A DNA stretch of 64,000 bases from an uncultured Verrucomicrobiae bacterium (GCA_963735805.1 CAVTMK010000002.1:1-64000); one strand, 5' to 3'; numbered from the stretch's first letter, positions 18,712 through 29,846 are shown. Numbers and translations: made by a program. Notes: a model not told the origin generated them from the letters alone.

Positions 18712-19789
18712 ACTCGGGTGAAACAATTTTAGCGGTGAGCAATCTCAAGGTTGCCGGATTGATTCGCGCCGCGTGAACAAAGAGCGACCCGAAGCGTGGT
18801 GATAGAACCGCCCGCCGGGCCAAGCGATTAATCCAAAGCCGCCCTCGATACATTTCGGCACACGCGCGGGCAAATTCGCGAAGAACCAGTCGCCGATCTT
18901 CGCCTGTAACGATTTTCATAATCGCGGCGGCTGCGAGTTCTCCGGAGCGAATTGCGTAATAGATTCCTTCGCCGGTGAATGGTTCTACTACGCGGGCCGC
19001 GTCGCCGATGAAAAGAAGATTTTCATGGGCCCAAGGAACGGCCGCCCGGGTGAGGGGTGTGATGGAACGCCACGGTTGATCGGCTGGGATCTCGAAATGT
19101 CGTTGTGCCCATTGTCGCAGTTTGGAAATCGTAGTCGGCCTTCCCACAAGGCAAAGATTGAGTTCGGAGTCATTTACCGGAGCCTGACCGGAGTACCCTT
19201 CCCGAAGAAATTGCAACACGACGCGCCTGCCGAAATTCCGCGGGAGCGGGATATGCGCCTGTAATGCGACACGTTCCCGCGTTGGACGTGGCAGTAAATT
19301 GCGCAAGCGCGCGATCGTAGAGTTTCGGCCATCTGCCGCAACTAACACCCGCGCGCGAAAAGTTTCCCCAGCGGCAGTCACAATTTTCCAATCGCGCTCC
19401 TGGGCCAAGGATGTGACGATGGTTTTCTCGTGAACCCGCGCGCCAACCTGAGAAGCGTGCCTCAGCAAAAGATCGTCGAAGAGACTGCGTTTTACCGAAA
19501 TCTCGCAATCATCTCCGGTTGGAAGATCGACGATGATTTTGTGACCGTCGATGGCGATGAACTCGACCGCCGTAAGGTCGGAATGCCCCAAATCCAAAAC
19601 CCGCTGCACAAGGCCGAGCCGCTCCAGTACACGCCAGCACGATGGATTCAGGCAATCGCCACACACTTTTTCCCGCGGAAATCTTTCCCGCTCGAGAATG
19701 AGTGTTCGAACGCCGGCCAAGGCACAAAATGCTGCACAACTCGATCCGGCGGGACCGCCGCCCACGATCGCCACGTCAAACAGTTCCAT
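18707..19789 (-). CDS. FAD-dependent oxidoreductase, geranylgeranyl reductase-like
   Basis: GGGPAG, FPREKVCG, AADG, GDAA..VEPFTGEGI. Confidence 0.88.
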   Translation of the reverse strand: MELFDVAIVGGGPAGSSCAAFCALAGVRTLILERERFPREKVCGDCLNPSCWRVLERLGLVQRVLDLGHSDLTAVEFIAIDGHKIIVDLPTGDDCEISVKRSLFDDLLLRHASQVGARVHEKTIVTSLAQERDWKIVTAAGETFRARVLVAADGRNSTIARLRNLLPRPTRERVALQAHIPLPRNFGRRVVLQFLREGYSGQAPVNDSELNLCLVGRPTTISKLRQWAQRHFEIPADQPWRSITPLTRAAVPWAHENLLFIGDAARVVEPFTGEGIYYAIRSGELAAAAIMKIVTGEDRRLVLREFARACAEMYRGRLWINRLARRAVLSPRFGSLFVHAARINPATLRLLTAKIVSPEL

Positions 19790-19803
19790 CCTGGATTTCG
19801 GTA

Positions 19804-19866
19804 GTGATCAGTGAACGATGATTTGTGATCAACATGTCCGTCCACCGTTCACGCATCACTGATCAC
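19804..19866. repeat. Intergenic inverted repeat
   Basis: GTGATCAGTGA (19804-14) / TCACTGATCAC (19856-66), perfect 11 bp. Confidence 0.65.
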
Positions 19867-19940
19867 ATGTATTACTTGCATGTCTATGCCGCCCGAATCC
19901 TGCTAGCGTGCGATCCAATATCGGGACAAATTGAAATCGC

Positions 19941-21023
19941 ATGAGCTGGTCTCTCCCGATCTTCCGAATCGCCGGAATCCAGTTGCGGATTCACATTACG
20001 TTCTTATTGCTGATTGCCTGGCTGGCTTTCGGTTACTACACGCAAGGTGGCTCCGCAGTGGCGGCGAGCCGCGTGATTTTTGTTCTGCTTCTCTTCCTTT
20101 GCGTGGTGCTGCACGAATTCGGACACGCATTCGCTGCGAAAGCGTTCGGAATTAATACGCCGGACATCACGTTGTTACCGATCGGCGGAGTGGCGCGACT
20201 GGAACGAATGCCGGAAGAGCCAGTACAGGAATTAATCATCGCGGTCGCCGGGCCATTGGTGAATGTGGTGATCGCGCTCGGTTTGTTTGTGGCAGGCGGA
20301 TCGCAGGCATTGCTCAATCCCGCGACACTCGAAGGTGGCGGTCTCATTGCGCAGTTGATGACGATTAACATTATCCTGGTCCTTTTTAATCTGTTGCCGG
20401 CATTTCCAATGGACGGCGGTCGCGTGCTGCGCGCTCTTCTTGCCACGCGGATGAGCTACGCGCGTGCGACGCAGGTTGCCGCGAACGTCGGCCAAGCTTT
20501 CGCATTCGTCTTTGGTTTCATCGGGTTGCTGTGGAATCCGTTTCTGCTCTTCATCGCGCTTTTCGTATACATCGGCGCGTCGCAAGAAGCGGCCCTGGCT
20601 CAGATGAAAGATGTTTCGCGCCGGTTTCCAGTGTCCAGCGCGATGGTACGGGAATTTCGAACGCTCGCGGAAGACGCGAGCCTGCAAGAAGCGGTGGACG
20701 CACTGCTTGCAACTTCGCAGCACGATTTTCCAGTCGTTGACACCGCCGGCAACGTTGCCGGTTTGTTGACCCGTCAGGATCTGATCGCTGCGTTGCGAAA
20801 AAACGATCCCGCGCTGCGCGTAGGCGAAGTGATGCGGCGGGATATTCCTACGGTGACTACTGGAACACGCTTTGAAGATGCGTTTCGGATCATGCAGGAG
20901 TGCAATTGCCCGGCGGTGCCCGTGCTGGACCGAATGAAGCGCCTGGTCGGGTTACTCACTCCGGAGAACGTGACGGAGCTGATGATGGTGCAATCCGCCA
21001 TGCCGCGACGACGGGTTTTGTGA
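19941..21023 (+). CDS. Site-2 protease (M50) with CBS pair
   Basis: HEFGH, NLLPAFPMDGGR, two C-terminal CBS domains. Confidence 0.93.
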   Translation: MSWSLPIFRIAGIQLRIHITFLLLIAWLAFGYYTQGGSAVAASRVIFVLLLFLCVVLHEFGHAFAAKAFGINTPDITLLPIGGVARLERMPEEPVQELIIAVAGPLVNVVIALGLFVAGGSQALLNPATLEGGGLIAQLMTINIILVLFNLLPAFPMDGGRVLRALLATRMSYARATQVAANVGQAFAFVFGFIGLLWNPFLLFIALFVYIGASQEAALAQMKDVSRRFPVSSAMVREFRTLAEDASLQEAVDALLATSQHDFPVVDTAGNVAGLLTRQDLIAALRKNDPALRVGEVMRRDIPTVTTGTRFEDAFRIMQECNCPAVPVLDRMKRLVGLLTPENVTELMMVQSAMPRRRVL

Positions 21024-21029
21024 TGCAGT

Positions 21030-22127
21030 CTATGAGCTGATGCGCATTGGCATCAGGACGTAGAGGAACGGGGTCTGAATTTTCAAAACGCCCGGGCTCA
21101 TCTCGTCGATGAGATCGAGAAAGACTTCGTCCTCGGTCAAAGCGCGCAGGGGCGCCATGAGAAATTCCGGATTAAATGCGATGGAGAAATCGCGACCCTT
21201 GTAGGCAACGGCTAGAGATTCCTTTGCTTCACCTACTTCCGGGGTCGTTGCGGTAATATCGATGTTGTTCTTCCCGAAATTCAGTTTCACCGAGTGCGAT
21301 TTATCACTGGCGAGTAACGAGACGCGTCGCAGCGAATTTAAAAATGTTTCGCGTTCGAGTTTGATTCGCTCTTTTGCCTCGGACGGAATGACCTGGCGAT
21401 AGTTTGGGTAATTGCCTTCGATCAACTTCGAAACGAGCAGCGTCTTGTTGAGATCAAACGCGATCTGCCCGCTGCCCATGCTAACCTTGATTTCGCCATC
21501 GTCCGTCAGCAGGCGTTGCAATTCTGTTACCGCTTTGGTCGGAACGATGAGGTCCGCTTCATGGCTGCGCGGGAACTCAAGCTCGATTTCGACCATGGCC
21601 AGCCGCCGCCCGTCCGTCGCCGCCAGCGTCAGTTTGTTGTCTTTGAAGCTGAACAGAACGCCGTTGAGAACGTAGCGAGTCTCATCCGTCGATATCGCGT
21701 AAGAAGTTTTGCGCAGTCCGTCGCGCAAATCTTTCTGCCGAATCGTGACAACTTTAGCACCCTCGAATTTCGGCAGGGGAGGGAATTCTTCCTCGGGCAA
21801 CCCAAGGATTTTAAAAAAGCTTTGGCCGCTTCGGATGGAAGCGGCATTCTTTCCGTTAACATCTATTTGAATTTCGCTCGCAGGCAGTTCACGGACAATG
21901 TTGAAGAGACGACGGGCTGGAAGGGTGGTGGCTCCTTCTTTCTCGACGTCTGCTTCGCAAGTGCCGCGCACGCCGACATCAAGATCGGTTGTTGTGAGAT
22001 GGATTTCTCCGCCGTGCGCTTGCAAAAGAACGTTGGAAAGAATGGGGAGAGTAGTGCGGGTGCTAACGACGTTTTGTACCTGCTGCAGCCCTTCGAGCAG
22101 TTTTTCTTTGGCGACGCTGAATTTCAT
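21030..22127 (-). CDS. dnaN: DNA polymerase III beta clamp
   Basis: TLPILSNVLL, ATDGRRL, LIEGNYPNY, LMPMR. Confidence 0.97.
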   Translation of the reverse strand: MKFSVAKEKLLEGLQQVQNVVSTRTTLPILSNVLLQAHGGEIHLTTTDLDVGVRGTCEADVEKEGATTLPARRLFNIVRELPASEIQIDVNGKNAASIRSGQSFFKILGLPEEEFPPLPKFEGAKVVTIRQKDLRDGLRKTSYAISTDETRYVLNGVLFSFKDNKLTLAATDGRRLAMVEIELEFPRSHEADLIVPTKAVTELQRLLTDDGEIKVSMGSGQIAFDLNKTLLVSKLIEGNYPNYRQVIPSEAKERIKLERETFLNSLRRVSLLASDKSHSVKLNFGKNNIDITATTPEVGEAKESLAVAYKGRDFSIAFNPEFLMAPLRALTEDEVFLDLIDEMSPGVLKIQTPFLYVLMPMRISS

Positions 22128-22261
22128 TATGACGGTTTAAGATGTAAAGCTTTGGGTTTTAATCGGCAACCGCAATCTGATGTCGGCCAAGTGCGCCGCG
22201 ACGACCGAATTTGTAGCTGCCGCAGCCGGAATCGCAAGCTGGAAACGCACCCACGGGAGGC

Positions 22262-23623
22262 TCAACGCTGAAGGGAACTGTCAATGAAGGATATGGTCTG
22301 GCGAATGTTATCTTGTTCTGACATCCGTTTCTTTACCAGTTTGCAGGCATGCAGCACCGTGCCGTGATCGCGGCCACCGAAGGCGTCGCCGATTTCATTC
22401 AAAGACGCCTTGGTAAGCTCCCGCGCGAGATACATCGCCACCTGCCGCGGAAAGGCGATACTGGCCGGGCGCCGCTTGCTGGTCATATCGGCTATGCGAA
22501 CATCAAAATGTTCGGCTACGCGCCGCTGAATCTGATCGATTGTGATGGAATGGCGGCCTTCCTCCTGCAGAATATCCTTCAGCAAATGCTCCACCACTTC
22601 CTGGGTGAGTTCTTTGCCGCTAAGTGAGGCAAATGAGGCCACCCGCATCAATGCGCCTTCAAGCCGGCGCACGTTCGTCCGAATCCGGCTGGCGAGAAAT
22701 TGAAAAATTTCATCGCGCAATACGATCTGCATGCCGCGCGCTTTCTTCCGCAAAATCGCCATACGGGTTTCGATGTCCGGCGGTTGAAGCTCAGCGGTAA
22801 GTCCCCATTCAAAGCGCGAAACGAGACGGTGCTCCAGGTTTGCGATCTCGGACGCGGGTCGATCGCTGGAAAGGACAATCTGTTTATGCCCATCGAAAAG
22901 GGTGTTAAATGTGTGGAAGAATTCTTCCTGGGAACGCTCTTTGCCTCCGAGAAATTGGATATCGTCAATCAAAAGGAGATCGACCTGGCGATAACGCTTT
23001 CGGAATTTGACCAGATTACTGTGTTGAATGGCATCGATGAACTCGTTGATAAACAGTTCGCTGGAAACGTAGATGACTTTTACATTTCTCTTCTTTGCCC
23101 AGACGTACTGACCGATTGCTTGCATCAAATGAGTCTTGCCAAGCCCCACACCACCATAGATGAACAACGGGTTGTACGTGCGCGCGGGCGCCTGCGCTAC
23201 CGCGAGAGCAGCGGCATGGGCAATTTCATTGTTCGGACCGACCACGAACGATTCGAATGTGTTCCGTGGATTAAGTCCGGGCACAGTTGTGCCTGGTTTT
23301 GTGTCGGCGGGCGGTTCAGGCAAAATTTTTTCCAGCGGCGCAGCATCCTCGGCGGGTATTTGCGGACCGGGGCCCGATGGAGAGCAGAACTTTATTGGCC
23401 GCGGACCGCCGAACGTCGTCACGATGGCAGTTTGCAATGCCGGCATGTAGTTACTTTCTATCCAAAACTGATAGATGTTGTTTGGAACACGAAAAGTGAG
23501 GGACTTGTCTTTCGCCTCGACAAGTTCGACGGCCGAAAACCACCGTTTAAAACTATCAGCGCTGATCTGCGGCTTGAGCGCGGCTGATAATTGCTGCCAT
23601 AGCTGTGCGCATTTTTTGTCCAT
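22262..23623 (-). CDS. dnaA: Chromosomal replication initiator
   Basis: YNPLFIYGGVGLGKTHL, LLIDDIQF, SRFEWGL, GGRDHGTV. Start at MDKKC. Confidence 0.97.
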   Translation of the reverse strand: MDKKCAQLWQQLSAALKPQISADSFKRWFSAVELVEAKDKSLTFRVPNNIYQFWIESNYMPALQTAIVTTFGGPRPIKFCSPSGPGPQIPAEDAAPLEKILPEPPADTKPGTTVPGLNPRNTFESFVVGPNNEIAHAAALAVAQAPARTYNPLFIYGGVGLGKTHLMQAIGQYVWAKKRNVKVIYVSSELFINEFIDAIQHSNLVKFRKRYRQVDLLLIDDIQFLGGKERSQEEFFHTFNTLFDGHKQIVLSSDRPASEIANLEHRLVSRFEWGLTAELQPPDIETRMAILRKKARGMQIVLRDEIFQFLASRIRTNVRRLEGALMRVASFASLSGKELTQEVVEHLLKDILQEEGRHSITIDQIQRRVAEHFDVRIADMTSKRRPASIAFPRQVAMYLARELTKASLNEIGDAFGGRDHGTVLHACKLVKKRMSEQDNIRQTISFIDSSLQR

Positions 23624-24060
23624 AGCAGACTTGTTAACAGTGTTACGCAATTGCCACACTCGCTGATACAGCGGAAAATCGTTGGGTAACCGCCGGGTGA
23701 CATCGGGTTGATCGCCATAGTAACTTCCCGGAGATGTACTTAAGAAAACTGTCAAAAGTGCCCAAATACGAGGGAAAATAGACCACGCTATGCGTTAGTG
23801 ATCGACTGGATGCCTGCAAGTGACGTTGTCCATTCCATCGTTGTCCAGGGGAGCTCTTCGTGTCGTTCATTCTCGGTGCTAAAAGTTTCTCAGAAATGTT
23901 CACAACTTATTCACAGGCGCTTTGTTTCAGCCTCGCCAGCGGGCTTGAGACTAGAAATCACTTTCAAAACCGACAAGAAAAAAATGAATAAAAAAATGAA
24001 TTTTATTTTTCATCGCGAACAAAAATTCTCTTGACTGGAAAAGCGAAACGCGCGTGCCGG
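23624..24060. other. Candidate replication origin (oriC)
   Basis: Non-coding region upstream of dnaA. TTATTCACA (23907-15) is a DnaA-box consensus match; ATGTTCACA (23896-904) and TTGTTAACA (23631-39) are degenerate boxes. AT-rich tract 23978-24013. Genes point away on both sides. Confidence 0.65.
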
Positions 24061-24311
24061 AGGCAAAACCAAAAAATTACTCCAGTTGAGTCTGCGCCAG
24101 CCTTGTCGGCAAACCGGAGCGAAGATTCCGGGGCCAAACGATCGGGCTAGCGGTATCGTTTACGGCCGGTCGCGATTTGACCGAATTGACCCGTGCACGC
24201 AATTTCCCCACCTCCCGACTGGCTACCGGGATGCCAATCAAAAATGCGGGCGACCCCGAACCAAAAATGACGAACTGGGAAGCGAACTGCAGTGTCAATT
24301 GTAACCGAGCG

Positions 24312-24830
24312 ATGCGGCGAACTTTGACCAGTGTGGCCATTCTTCTTCTCTCTGCGGTGCATGCATACCCCGTAGATGAACTGTTGCCACCGTTTGGATT
24401 TCGTTGGAACGACTCAATGGCTCGTGTGGAAGATGTTTTGCATCGCGCGAAAGCCAGAATTACCGCGCGGCAAAAAAAGGAGAACCGTGATGTCTGGACG
24501 GTGGAGGGACTCGTCCATCCTGGATTAAAGCGCACTCTGTTTGTTTTTAGACAGAGAGCATTGGTCGAAGTGGAACTGCAATACGAATACGAAAACTGGA
24601 ACATCGAGCGCTACAACCAGCGGATGGGAGAAATTCGCAAATACTTCGACGAAAAATACGGAACAGGGAAACTGGTATCGCGTAACCGTGATACCGATAC
24701 AGACGTGATCCAAACGCTGGTTGGCTATCAATGGATGGTCGGCGCGACGATGCTCGAACTTTTTTATTTTTCAGCCCAGCATGACTCTCTTGTTTATCGG
24801 ACCATCAGCGTAGACTACAAAGCGATGTAG
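24312..24830 (+). CDS. Hypothetical exported protein
   Basis: Signal peptide MRRTLTSVAILLLSAVHA; PPFGFRW start of mature domain. Confidence 0.7.
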   Translation: MRRTLTSVAILLLSAVHAYPVDELLPPFGFRWNDSMARVEDVLHRAKARITARQKKENRDVWTVEGLVHPGLKRTLFVFRQRALVEVELQYEYENWNIERYNQRMGEIRKYFDEKYGTGKLVSRNRDTDTDVIQTLVGYQWMVGATMLELFYFSAQHDSLVYRTISVDYKAM

Positions 24831-24954
24831 TTGGCTCGGGCTCATCGCCGTGCCGACTGCGCGCTTGCCGAACCTTGTCGTCGCTTTTTTTTCTAGTGTT
24901 GGACGACGCGACAAGTTATCACGTCCTCCTACTAAATGAGCCGAGGAGTTCTTC

Positions 24955-27475
24955 ATGCCGGCGTCTAATCTCGCGGGATCCGTGAGTGCGACGATTACGC
25001 AGCTTCTTGCGAAGCTTGGAACGGATCCGCAAACCGGTTTGGCTTCCGCCCAGCTGCAGGAACGTGCCAACAAGTATGGGCCAAACGCGCTGCCGGAAGA
25101 AAAGAAAAGCGCGGTCTCTGCTTTCCTCGCCTATTTCTGGGGACCTATAGCATGGATGATCGAAGCTGCTGCCCTGATGGCGTTGATTGTAAGGGACTGG
25201 GGCGATTTCGCGATCATCACTTCACTCCTGTTGTTTAACGCCTTGTTAGGGTTCTGGGAGGAGCATGAGGCTTCCAACGCGCTTGACGCGCTGAAGAGTT
25301 CCCTCGCGTTGAAAGCGCGCGTTCTGCGTGACGGAAAATGGGAGCAAGTTGACGCGCGAACGCTGGTGCCTGGAGATATTGTTCGTTTGTATCTTGGTGA
25401 CGTTGTACCCGCCGACTGCAAGCTGATCCGGGGCGGTTACATCAACATCGACCAATCGGCGCTGACAGGGGAGTCGTTGCCGGTGACGAAGAAATCGGGC
25501 GAGGATGCATACTCGGGTTCGGTCGTCAAAGAAGGAGAAATGGTCGCCGTAGTTACTGCTACTGGAGTGAACACGTTCTTTGGGCGCACGGCAAAATTAG
25601 TAGCTGGAGCTGGAAGCGTTTCTCACTTTCAGAGAGCTATAATGAAGATCGGCAACTTCCTTATTATTCTGGCGCTGGTCTTGGTCGTGATCCTGGTAGC
25701 CAGCCGCCTTTTCGACCTGCGTGGCCACTACGATCGAGTTGTTTTGTTAAGGCTCGCGGAAATCGTTCTCATTCTTTTGGTGGCATCGGTGCCCGTGGCC
25801 ATGCCAGCCGTACTCTCGGTAACGATGGCGTTGGGCGCACGGTTGCTTGCCAGGAGCAAAGCAATTGTTTCTCGACTGGAGTCGATTGAGGAATTGGCGG
25901 GCGTCGACGTGCTTTGTTCTGATAAGACCGGCACGTTGACTCAGAACAAGCTTACACTGGGTGAAGCAGTGCCCTGGGCGGGAACCGATGCAGCGACGTT
26001 GATTCTCATGGCATCATTGGCTTCACGGAGGGCAGATAACGATCCGATTGATCTGGCAGTAATGGCTGGCATAGAGGACCCAAGTGGTACTTAAGACCTA
26101 TCAACAGGAAAAGTATGTTCCTTTCAATCCGGTAGATAAACGGACTGAAGCGACAATTAGGGATACTTCCGGTAAGCTTTTTAGAGTTACAAAGGGCGCG
26201 CCACAAGTGATTCTCGCCCTGACGAAGCTCTCTGGTGGCGACCTGGAAAAAGCCAGTCAGACGATAAACAGTTTAGCTAGCCGCGGCTATCGGACCATTG
26301 GCGTTGCTGTTGCTCAAGGCGATGGCCCTTGGGTTTTCTTGGGAATTCTTCCGTTACTTGATCCGCCTCGGCCCGATTCCAAGAGTACCATAGCAAGGGC
26401 GCGTGCCTACGGCGTCAAGGTAAAGATGGTTACCGGCGATAACGTCGCTATAGCCAGACAGATCGCGTCTGAGCTGGATATGGGCACAAATATTCAACCT
26501 GCGACCGAGCTTTTCCCTGGCGATGTTACAAAAGGGCAAATCCCGCTGGATGCCGCTCAAAAGATCGATGACGCCGATGGTTTCGCCGAGGTTTTTCCGG
26601 AACATAAGTACGCTATCGTAAAAATACTGCAGGAAAACGACCACATCGTGGGAATGACCGGTGACGGCGTCAATGACGCTCCGGCTCTCAAGCAAGCGGA
26701 CGTCGGCATTGCCGTTTCCGGAGCCACTGAGGCAGCTCGGGCAGCAGCAGCCGTAATTCTAACTGCGCCCGGTCTCTCGGTTATTATTGAAGGGATCGCA
26801 GAATCCAGGCGAATCTTCGAACGGATGATGAGTTATGTGTTGTATCGCATCGCCATGACCATCGCTATCATGGTCTTTGTGGTACTGGCATCGATCTACT
26901 ACCATTTCTTTCCGCTGACCGCGATCATGCTTATCGCTCTTGCTCTCCTCGACGACGTTCCCATCATGACGATCGCTTTCGATAATGCCAGCGTGCCGCC
27001 TCAGCCAGTAAGATGGGAGCTGGACCGCGTGTTGGTGATTTCGTCGGTCCTGGGGCTACTAGGTGTTATTCAAAGCTTTGGTCTGCTCTACCTCGGAGAT
27101 ACTCTTCATCATCTCGATCATCCACAGCTGCAGACAATGATGTTTCTGCAACTTGTAGCTGGCGGGCACCTCATGTTATTCGTGACTCGCACCCGATGCG
27201 CGTTCTGGAAGCCGCCATATCCAAACCCGAAACTCTTCTTTGCAATTGTGGCTACCCAAATCGCAGCAGTGTTCATGTGTAGCGAGGGCTGGCTGGTGCC
27301 GGCGCTTCCTTGGAGGATCATTGGTTTTGTTTGGGCTTACAACCTCATTTGGATGATCGTTCAGGACACCGTTAAACTTGGACTTTACGGAATCCTGGAC
27401 CCGGCTCGCTCATGGAAAAAGTCACTTTTCCAGCCACTTCGAGTTTCCATGACACGCAGAGCGGCGGTTCGTTAA
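24955..27475 (+). pseudogene. Plasma-membrane H+-efflux P-type ATPase (P3A), split by a +1 frameshift near 26086
   Basis: TGES, VPVAMP and DKTGT in the first ORF; DPPR, TGDN, GDGVNDAP and ALLDD in the second. Removing one G at 26086/7 gives continuous IEDPSVLKTYQQ. Confidence 0.85.
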
Positions 27476-27491
27476 TATCAAGAACAATGAC

Positions 27492-28355
27492 ATGCCTAAC
27501 TACCGCAAAAAACTTATCGTAAAACCTGATTCGAAGATCCGGCTAAAGCATTTCAATCCCGGTTATCACGGCAAACATGAGTCGCATAAGTCGGCTTTGA
27601 CAGAGATTCAGGGAAACCTTCAGAAAATGGATAAGCTGCAATACTGCATGTACGCGGAGAACAAGCATTCACTTCTCATCGTGTTGCAGGGACTCGACGC
27701 CGCTGGCAAAGACGGCGTAGTTCGTCACGTTCTGACCGGCATGAATCCGGAAGGTTGCGTTTGCGCTAACTTCAAGCAACCGACGAAGGAGGAATTGGCG
27801 CACGATTTCCTCTGGCGCGTGCATCCACACGTGCCTGGCAAAGGCTCAGTGGCCATTTTCAATCGTTCCCACTATGAAGACGTGCTGGTAGCAAGGGTTC
27901 ACGGGCTGGTGCCGGAAAAAGTTTGGTCGACGCGCTACGATCAGATTAACGATTTTGAACGGTTAATCACGACCGAAAATAACACAACGGTTCTCAAATT
28001 TTTCCTCCACATTTCCAAAGAGGAACAGCTTGCACGGTTTAAGAAACGATTGGACGACCCGGCGCGTCAGTGGAAAATCAGCGACTCTGATTACAAGGAA
28101 CGCGAATACTGGGGGGACTACGTCAAGGCTTTCGAGGATGTACTTACCAAGACGAGCACTGAGTATGCCCCTTGGTTTATAATCCCCTCAAATCACAAGT
28201 GGTTTCGCGATTTGGCCATCTCACAGATCATAGTCGGCCAAATGGAAGAGATGGACATGAAGTTGCCGAAACCAACTGTGAACCTCGCCGAAATTCGCCG
28301 TGAATATCATCAGGCGAAGGATGGGGAGAACTCGGATCGTCGGAAGAAGCGGTAA
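27492..28355 (+). CDS. ppk2: Polyphosphate kinase 2 family (class III-like)
   Basis: QGLDAAGKDG, FKQPT.EE.AHDFLWR, FNRSHYEDVL, WKISDSD. Confidence 0.93.
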   Translation: MPNYRKKLIVKPDSKIRLKHFNPGYHGKHESHKSALTEIQGNLQKMDKLQYCMYAENKHSLLIVLQGLDAAGKDGVVRHVLTGMNPEGCVCANFKQPTKEELAHDFLWRVHPHVPGKGSVAIFNRSHYEDVLVARVHGLVPEKVWSTRYDQINDFERLITTENNTTVLKFFLHISKEEQLARFKKRLDDPARQWKISDSDYKEREYWGDYVKAFEDVLTKTSTEYAPWFIIPSNHKWFRDLAISQIIVGQMEEMDMKLPKPTVNLAEIRREYHQAKDGENSDRRKKR

Positions 28356-28358
28356 CAC

Positions 28359-29759
28359 TTGGTCGAGACCACGCCATCGCAACGCCTGACTTTGCTGCTG
28401 GATGGTTCGCCGCTGAAACCGGTCCAGCGATGGCTCTGGGTGCTTTCGACCGGAGGCACATTACTTGATGGCTTCGCAATCTTTGTTCTCGGCGTCGCGA
28501 TGCCGCTGATCATCGCTGAGTTTCAGTTTGCCCCCGATGTGGTCGGTCTAATCGGAGCCAGTCTGGTCTTGGGTGCTGTCTTTGGAGCCGGACTTGGCGG
28601 GCCAATGGCGGACCATCTTGGCCGAAAAAAATTGATGCTCGCCGACATGCTAATCATCGCAGCGGGCGCCTTAATCAGCGGGTTGGCGAAGGGATTCCCA
28701 ATGCTCTTTATCGGACAACTACTCGTTGGCGTCGGAGTTGGCATCGATTTCCCCGCCAGTAGCAGTTACGTCTCCGAAATATTGCCGAAACGCAGTCGTG
28801 CGCGAATGATGGTGGCTACAATTGCATGCCAAGCAGTCGGCATGTTGTTTGCCGCTGCGATTGCACTCGTGCTGCTGAAGAATTCGCGCAGCGCCGAAAT
28901 TTGGCGAGTTTTTCTGGCGACAGAGGGGATCATTGCGCTTCTCTTTTTTTTGCTGCGCCTCTCGGAACCGGACAGTCCACATTGGTTGATGATTCGAGGC
29001 AGATTTGCCGAGGCCGCTCGCGCGTTTATCCGCATCATGCCCGAGCAGGCAGAAGCAGCGCTACAAATCACCACCGAAGCGGGATGGGCAAAGGCTGGAA
29101 ATTCGACTGCATCAGCGAAGACGCCCGGAATAGCGATTCTTTTCTCGCGTCCCTATCGAGGGCGCACGGTGCTTGTCGCGGTTCCCTGGTTCTTAATGGA
29201 TATCGCCACTTATGGTATCGGACTTTTCACGCCGATTATTCTGGGTGCAATTGGCCTATCAGGAAAGAAAGGCGGCGTCATCGCTCCTGACTTCGTCGCC
29301 GCAAGGGGAAGTGCTGCGATCGATTTATTCCTCTTCCTGGGTTTTCTTCTGGGAATTTGGGCCGTGCCGCGCTTCGGGCGCATCCGCATGCAGGCCATTG
29401 GTTTCGCGAGCATGGCTTTCGGCATGCTGTTGCTAATGGTCGCTGTTCAGCTATCGAATTTCAGCCTTCACATTCCACTAGTGTTCGCCGGATTCATCGT
29501 ATTCAACTTGCTAATGAACGCTGGACCCAATTCCACGACGTTCACGCTTGCGCCAATCCTGTTTCCGACACAACTGAGGGGCACCGCCAGCGGTTTCGCC
29601 GCTGGTGTGGCTAAGATCGGAGCGACTCTAGGTGTCTTCGTCCTGCCAGTCTTAAAAGGCAAGTTCGGCGTCCCCGCCGTCCTTGGAATGATGGCGGTTG
29701 TTAGTGTGCTGGGTCTGATCGTGACCTTGGCGTTCGGGCACGAGGATACGGAAGATTGA
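28359..29759 (+). CDS. MFS transporter (sugar/phosphate porter-like)
   Basis: About 12 TM; DHLGRKK, GVGIDFP, NAGPNSTTF, FPT.LRG. Confidence 0.88.
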   Translation: MVETTPSQRLTLLLDGSPLKPVQRWLWVLSTGGTLLDGFAIFVLGVAMPLIIAEFQFAPDVVGLIGASLVLGAVFGAGLGGPMADHLGRKKLMLADMLIIAAGALISGLAKGFPMLFIGQLLVGVGVGIDFPASSSYVSEILPKRSRARMMVATIACQAVGMLFAAAIALVLLKNSRSAEIWRVFLATEGIIALLFFLLRLSEPDSPHWLMIRGRFAEAARAFIRIMPEQAEAALQITTEAGWAKAGNSTASAKTPGIAILFSRPYRGRTVLVAVPWFLMDIATYGIGLFTPIILGAIGLSGKKGGVIAPDFVAARGSAAIDLFLFLGFLLGIWAVPRFGRIRMQAIGFASMAFGMLLLMVAVQLSNFSLHIPLVFAGFIVFNLLMNAGPNSTTFTLAPILFPTQLRGTASGFAAGVAKIGATLGVFVLPVLKGKFGVPAVLGMMAVVSVLGLIVTLAFGHEDTED

Positions 29760-29811
29760 ACTGAACCGAGAGTCAGCGACAGCGCGCGTGGCCAGCCAAT
29801 CGCTCTGAGCG

Positions 29812-29846
29812 CAAGAAACGCACAGCGTTTAGCAAACACCGCGCAG
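29812..29846 (+). promoter_or_regulatory. Island operator 1 (21-bp-period direct repeat)
   Basis: CAAGAAACGCACAGCGTTTAG CAAACACCGCGCAG; CAATAT at 29867; ATG 46 nt after the second CAA. Confidence 0.8.

Noticed and set aside
22700..23587. Long antisense ORFs (e.g. 295 aa opposite dnaA; others opposite dnaN, murA, USPs and ATPases)
   Set aside because: Shadow frames of well-supported genes with no motifs of their own.
23624..23755. N-terminal extensions in the ORF track (dnaA, murA, DUF420, MlaF-like, PRTase and others)
   Set aside because: They overlap neighbouring genes or regulatory DNA; family similarity begins at downstream starts.
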